From Mobula hypostoma (lineage: Eukaryota): a stretch of 64,000 nucleotides of DNA. The position numbers and the translations under genes are program-made. The notes beneath the pieces were generated by a model. It saw only the letters and a list, made by a program, of their open reading frames with translations, made no database searches and was not told the DNA's origin. Numbering within the stretch: the first letter of the stretch is position 1; each line of letters starts with the position of its first letter. Location: positions 108,626,001 to 108,690,000 of the forward strand of contig NC_086107.1 of assembly GCF_963921235.1 (NCBI RefSeq). The letters are read 5' to 3'. Positions 61,540 through 64,000 of this stretch are shown piece by piece.

Positions 61540-62365
61540 ACTATTGTTGGCAGATAGTGACAGGAGGGCGTAGGACGTACAGGAGAGAGATATATCAGCT
61601 AGCTGAATGGTGTTATAGCAACAATCTTGCACTCAGTGTCAGTAAGGCCAAAGAACTGATTGTGGACTTCAGAAAAGGTAAGACGAGGGAACACACACCA
61701 GTCCTAACAGAGGGATCAGAAGTGGAAAGAGTGAGCAATTTCAAGTTCCTGGGTATCAACATCTCTGAGGATCTAAAGTGGACCCAGCATATCGATGCAG
61801 ATACAAAGACCGCACGACAGCGACTACTATTTCATCAGGAGTTTGAGGAGATTTGGTATGTCACCAAACAACACTTGCAAGTTTCTACAGACGTACGTCG
61901 GAGGGCATTCCAACTGGCTGCATCACCATCTGGTATTGGGGGAGGTTGGCTACTGCACAGGATCAAAATAAGCTGCAGAGATCGGTAAACCTAGCTCCAT
62001 CATGGACACTAGCCTCCACAGCATCCATGATACCTTCAAGGTGCCATCATTAAGGACCCCCATCACCCAGCTCATGCCCTGTTCTCATTGCTACCATTAG
62101 GAAGGAGGCACAGAAGCCTGAAGGCACACACTCAGTGATTCAGGAACAGCTTCATCCGATTTTTGAATGGACATTGAACCCACGAACACTACTTCACTAC
62201 TTTTTTAATTTCTATCATTGCACTACTTAGTTAATTTTATATAAATATATACTTACAGTAATTCACAGTTTTTTCCTGTTATTACGTATTGCATTGTACT
62301 GCTATCGCAAAGACAACAAATTTCACGACTTATAACTATGTGACAATAAACCTGTTTCTGGTTTT
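61540..62365 (+). mobile_element. Rex1/Babar-type LINE 3' fragment
   Basis: LAEWC..NNLALSVSKAKELIVDFRK..VERVSNFKFLGINISEDLKW. Confidence 0.88.
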
Positions 62366-62554
62366 GAGACTTCAGCCATTGGGGTATCTTTCCTTTGATG
62401 TCTACTGACTCTCGTTTTCCAGGATCCTTGACATCAACTCAGTCAAATGCCACCTTGATATCAAGTGTAGTCACTCTCACCTCACTCCTGAATTCAGCTC
62501 TGCTGTCGGTGCTCAGATCAAGGCTGTGGTAGTAACATAGGGGACCATATGTAA

Positions 62555-63368
62555 GGAGGGAGCAGAAGATGGCGGCGCGACGCAGCGCGTGCGGCCGTTC
62601 CGAATGAATATCGATATGTGCAACTAGGGGTGCCGTGAACAATCCGGATTTGATGGGGACAGGCGTGAGAAAGCGCAGAGGAACATCTGGATTAACTTCT
62701 GAAATGCCCGCTTCGCTGCCGCTGCTACTGTGCGATCGAGAATCTCCGGAGACGAAGGCCCCAAATCCTCAGCTTTGCCTATTGCCTGTTGCCGGGGCCG
62801 GGGTCAAAACGCTCGGCAGAGATAGTGCTCAGTGCTCGGCGTTGAATAGGTGGTCGGAGGCTTGGAGTTTTTCGGACGGACTCGGAGTCGGACTGTGGTC
62901 GGATGCGTCCGGGATGCCAACGATAAACCTTGGCGGCGCTGGAGGTTTACCATCTGCATGAGATGATGGGACTTTCGAGAGACTCTGAGACTTTTACTAT
63001 GCCATGAACAACAGGAATTCTGCAGATGCTGGAAATTCAAGCAACACACATCAAAGTTGCTGGTGAACGCAGCAGGCCAGGCAGCATCTATAGGAAGAGG
63101 CGCAGTCGACGTTTCAGGCCGAGACCCTTCGTGAGGACTAACTGAAGGAAGAGTGAGTAAGGGATGCCATGGTCTATTCTTATCAAATTACGGTATTGTT
63201 TTGCACTGTTGTAACTATATGTTATAATTATGTGGTTTTTGTTAGTTTTTAAGTTGGTTTGTCATATGTTTTTGTGATAATCATTCTGGAAAAACATTTT
63301 TATCATTTCTTATTGCATGCATTACTAAATGACAATAAAAGGGGACTGTGTGTCCTCATAATCATAAT
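62555..63368 (+). mobile_element. Noncoding retroposon copy 5, with a PLE insertion at 63007-63163 (minus strand)
   Basis: aagatggcggc at 62566-62576; the PLE is flanked by an 8-bp TSD atgccatg at 62999-63006 and 63164-63171. Confidence 0.87.
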
Positions 63369-64000
63369 ATATTGTCCCATCAAGCCAACGTTATCTCACA
63401 GAGCAATCCCATCAATCCCAAGCCCCCATCAGGATTTCCTGCAACCTATTCTGACTCTGATTCTTTCAACCGTGGCTATCGACAACAAGATAGCTGTCAG
63501 TGTCTTCCCACACAAGGCCTTGGTCAACACAGGAGGGAGTGTAAACCAGCTCCCTTGCCAAGAAATGTGTCAAATGATGCTAGGGCAACAGACATAATCA
63601 GATCACCGCCTCTTTTTGCGTGGAGCAGGTTATTGTATCAGGACCATTGAAATTTACAAAGAGAAAAAAAGAAATGTTATCAGCATGGTAGGTATTCCCA
63701 TCAGACCTCTGCATACTTGAAAGAACTGCACAATCACTTTCCTCTTGCCTAGGTTTCCTGTCAGATTTTTCTTTGCCACTGAGTTAGTGCCAGTGCCTTA
63801 GGGAAGGTGCGAGAAAGCACTAAACAATCGTAGCTTCTGGTGTTCCTGGTGAATTAAGTTCGGATTAGTTTGGTGTTACTTTATGAGGCTTTCAGTATGT
63901 AACATTGGAGCTGTAGGCACCCTGTACATTGCCGGAGTCACAGCATCTAATTGATTTTGATTTGAAAAGACATGGAATCCTTTATTAGTTCTGATTATAA

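Overview
This window is repeat-dense vertebrate genomic DNA, and I cannot support any host protein-coding gene in it. The repeat set points to a cartilaginous fish, probably a ray (inference): CR1, Rex1/Babar-type and L1 LINEs, V-SINEs, Penelope-like elements, Tc1/mariner and hAT MITEs. All long ORFs are decayed retroelement remnants: CR1 ORF2, L1 ORF2, Rex1-type RT, a Nimb/I-group RNase H plus CCHC tail, and Penelope GIY-YIG. The strongest signal is a dispersed Penelope-like (PLE) 3' module, about 20 copies or fragments. It carries a minimal type I hammerhead ribozyme (stem I - CUGAUGA - stem II - GAAACGUC - stem I'), intact at 37473-37510 and 42825-42860, with a compensatory stem I change between the two. 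The module repeatedly inserts as TSD-flanked asymmetric hairpins of about 130 bp to 1.36 kb, whose inverted arm stops at a fixed point about 35-45 nt short of the element end. Also notable: a noncoding retroposon of about 650 bp with a YY1-like head (5 copies), a 3-kb 27-bp satellite grown from a CR1 3' end with a 1086-bp higher-order duplication, and a few unique blocks that may be regulatory. Family names come from motif recognition only; no database was searched, and many boundaries are approximate.
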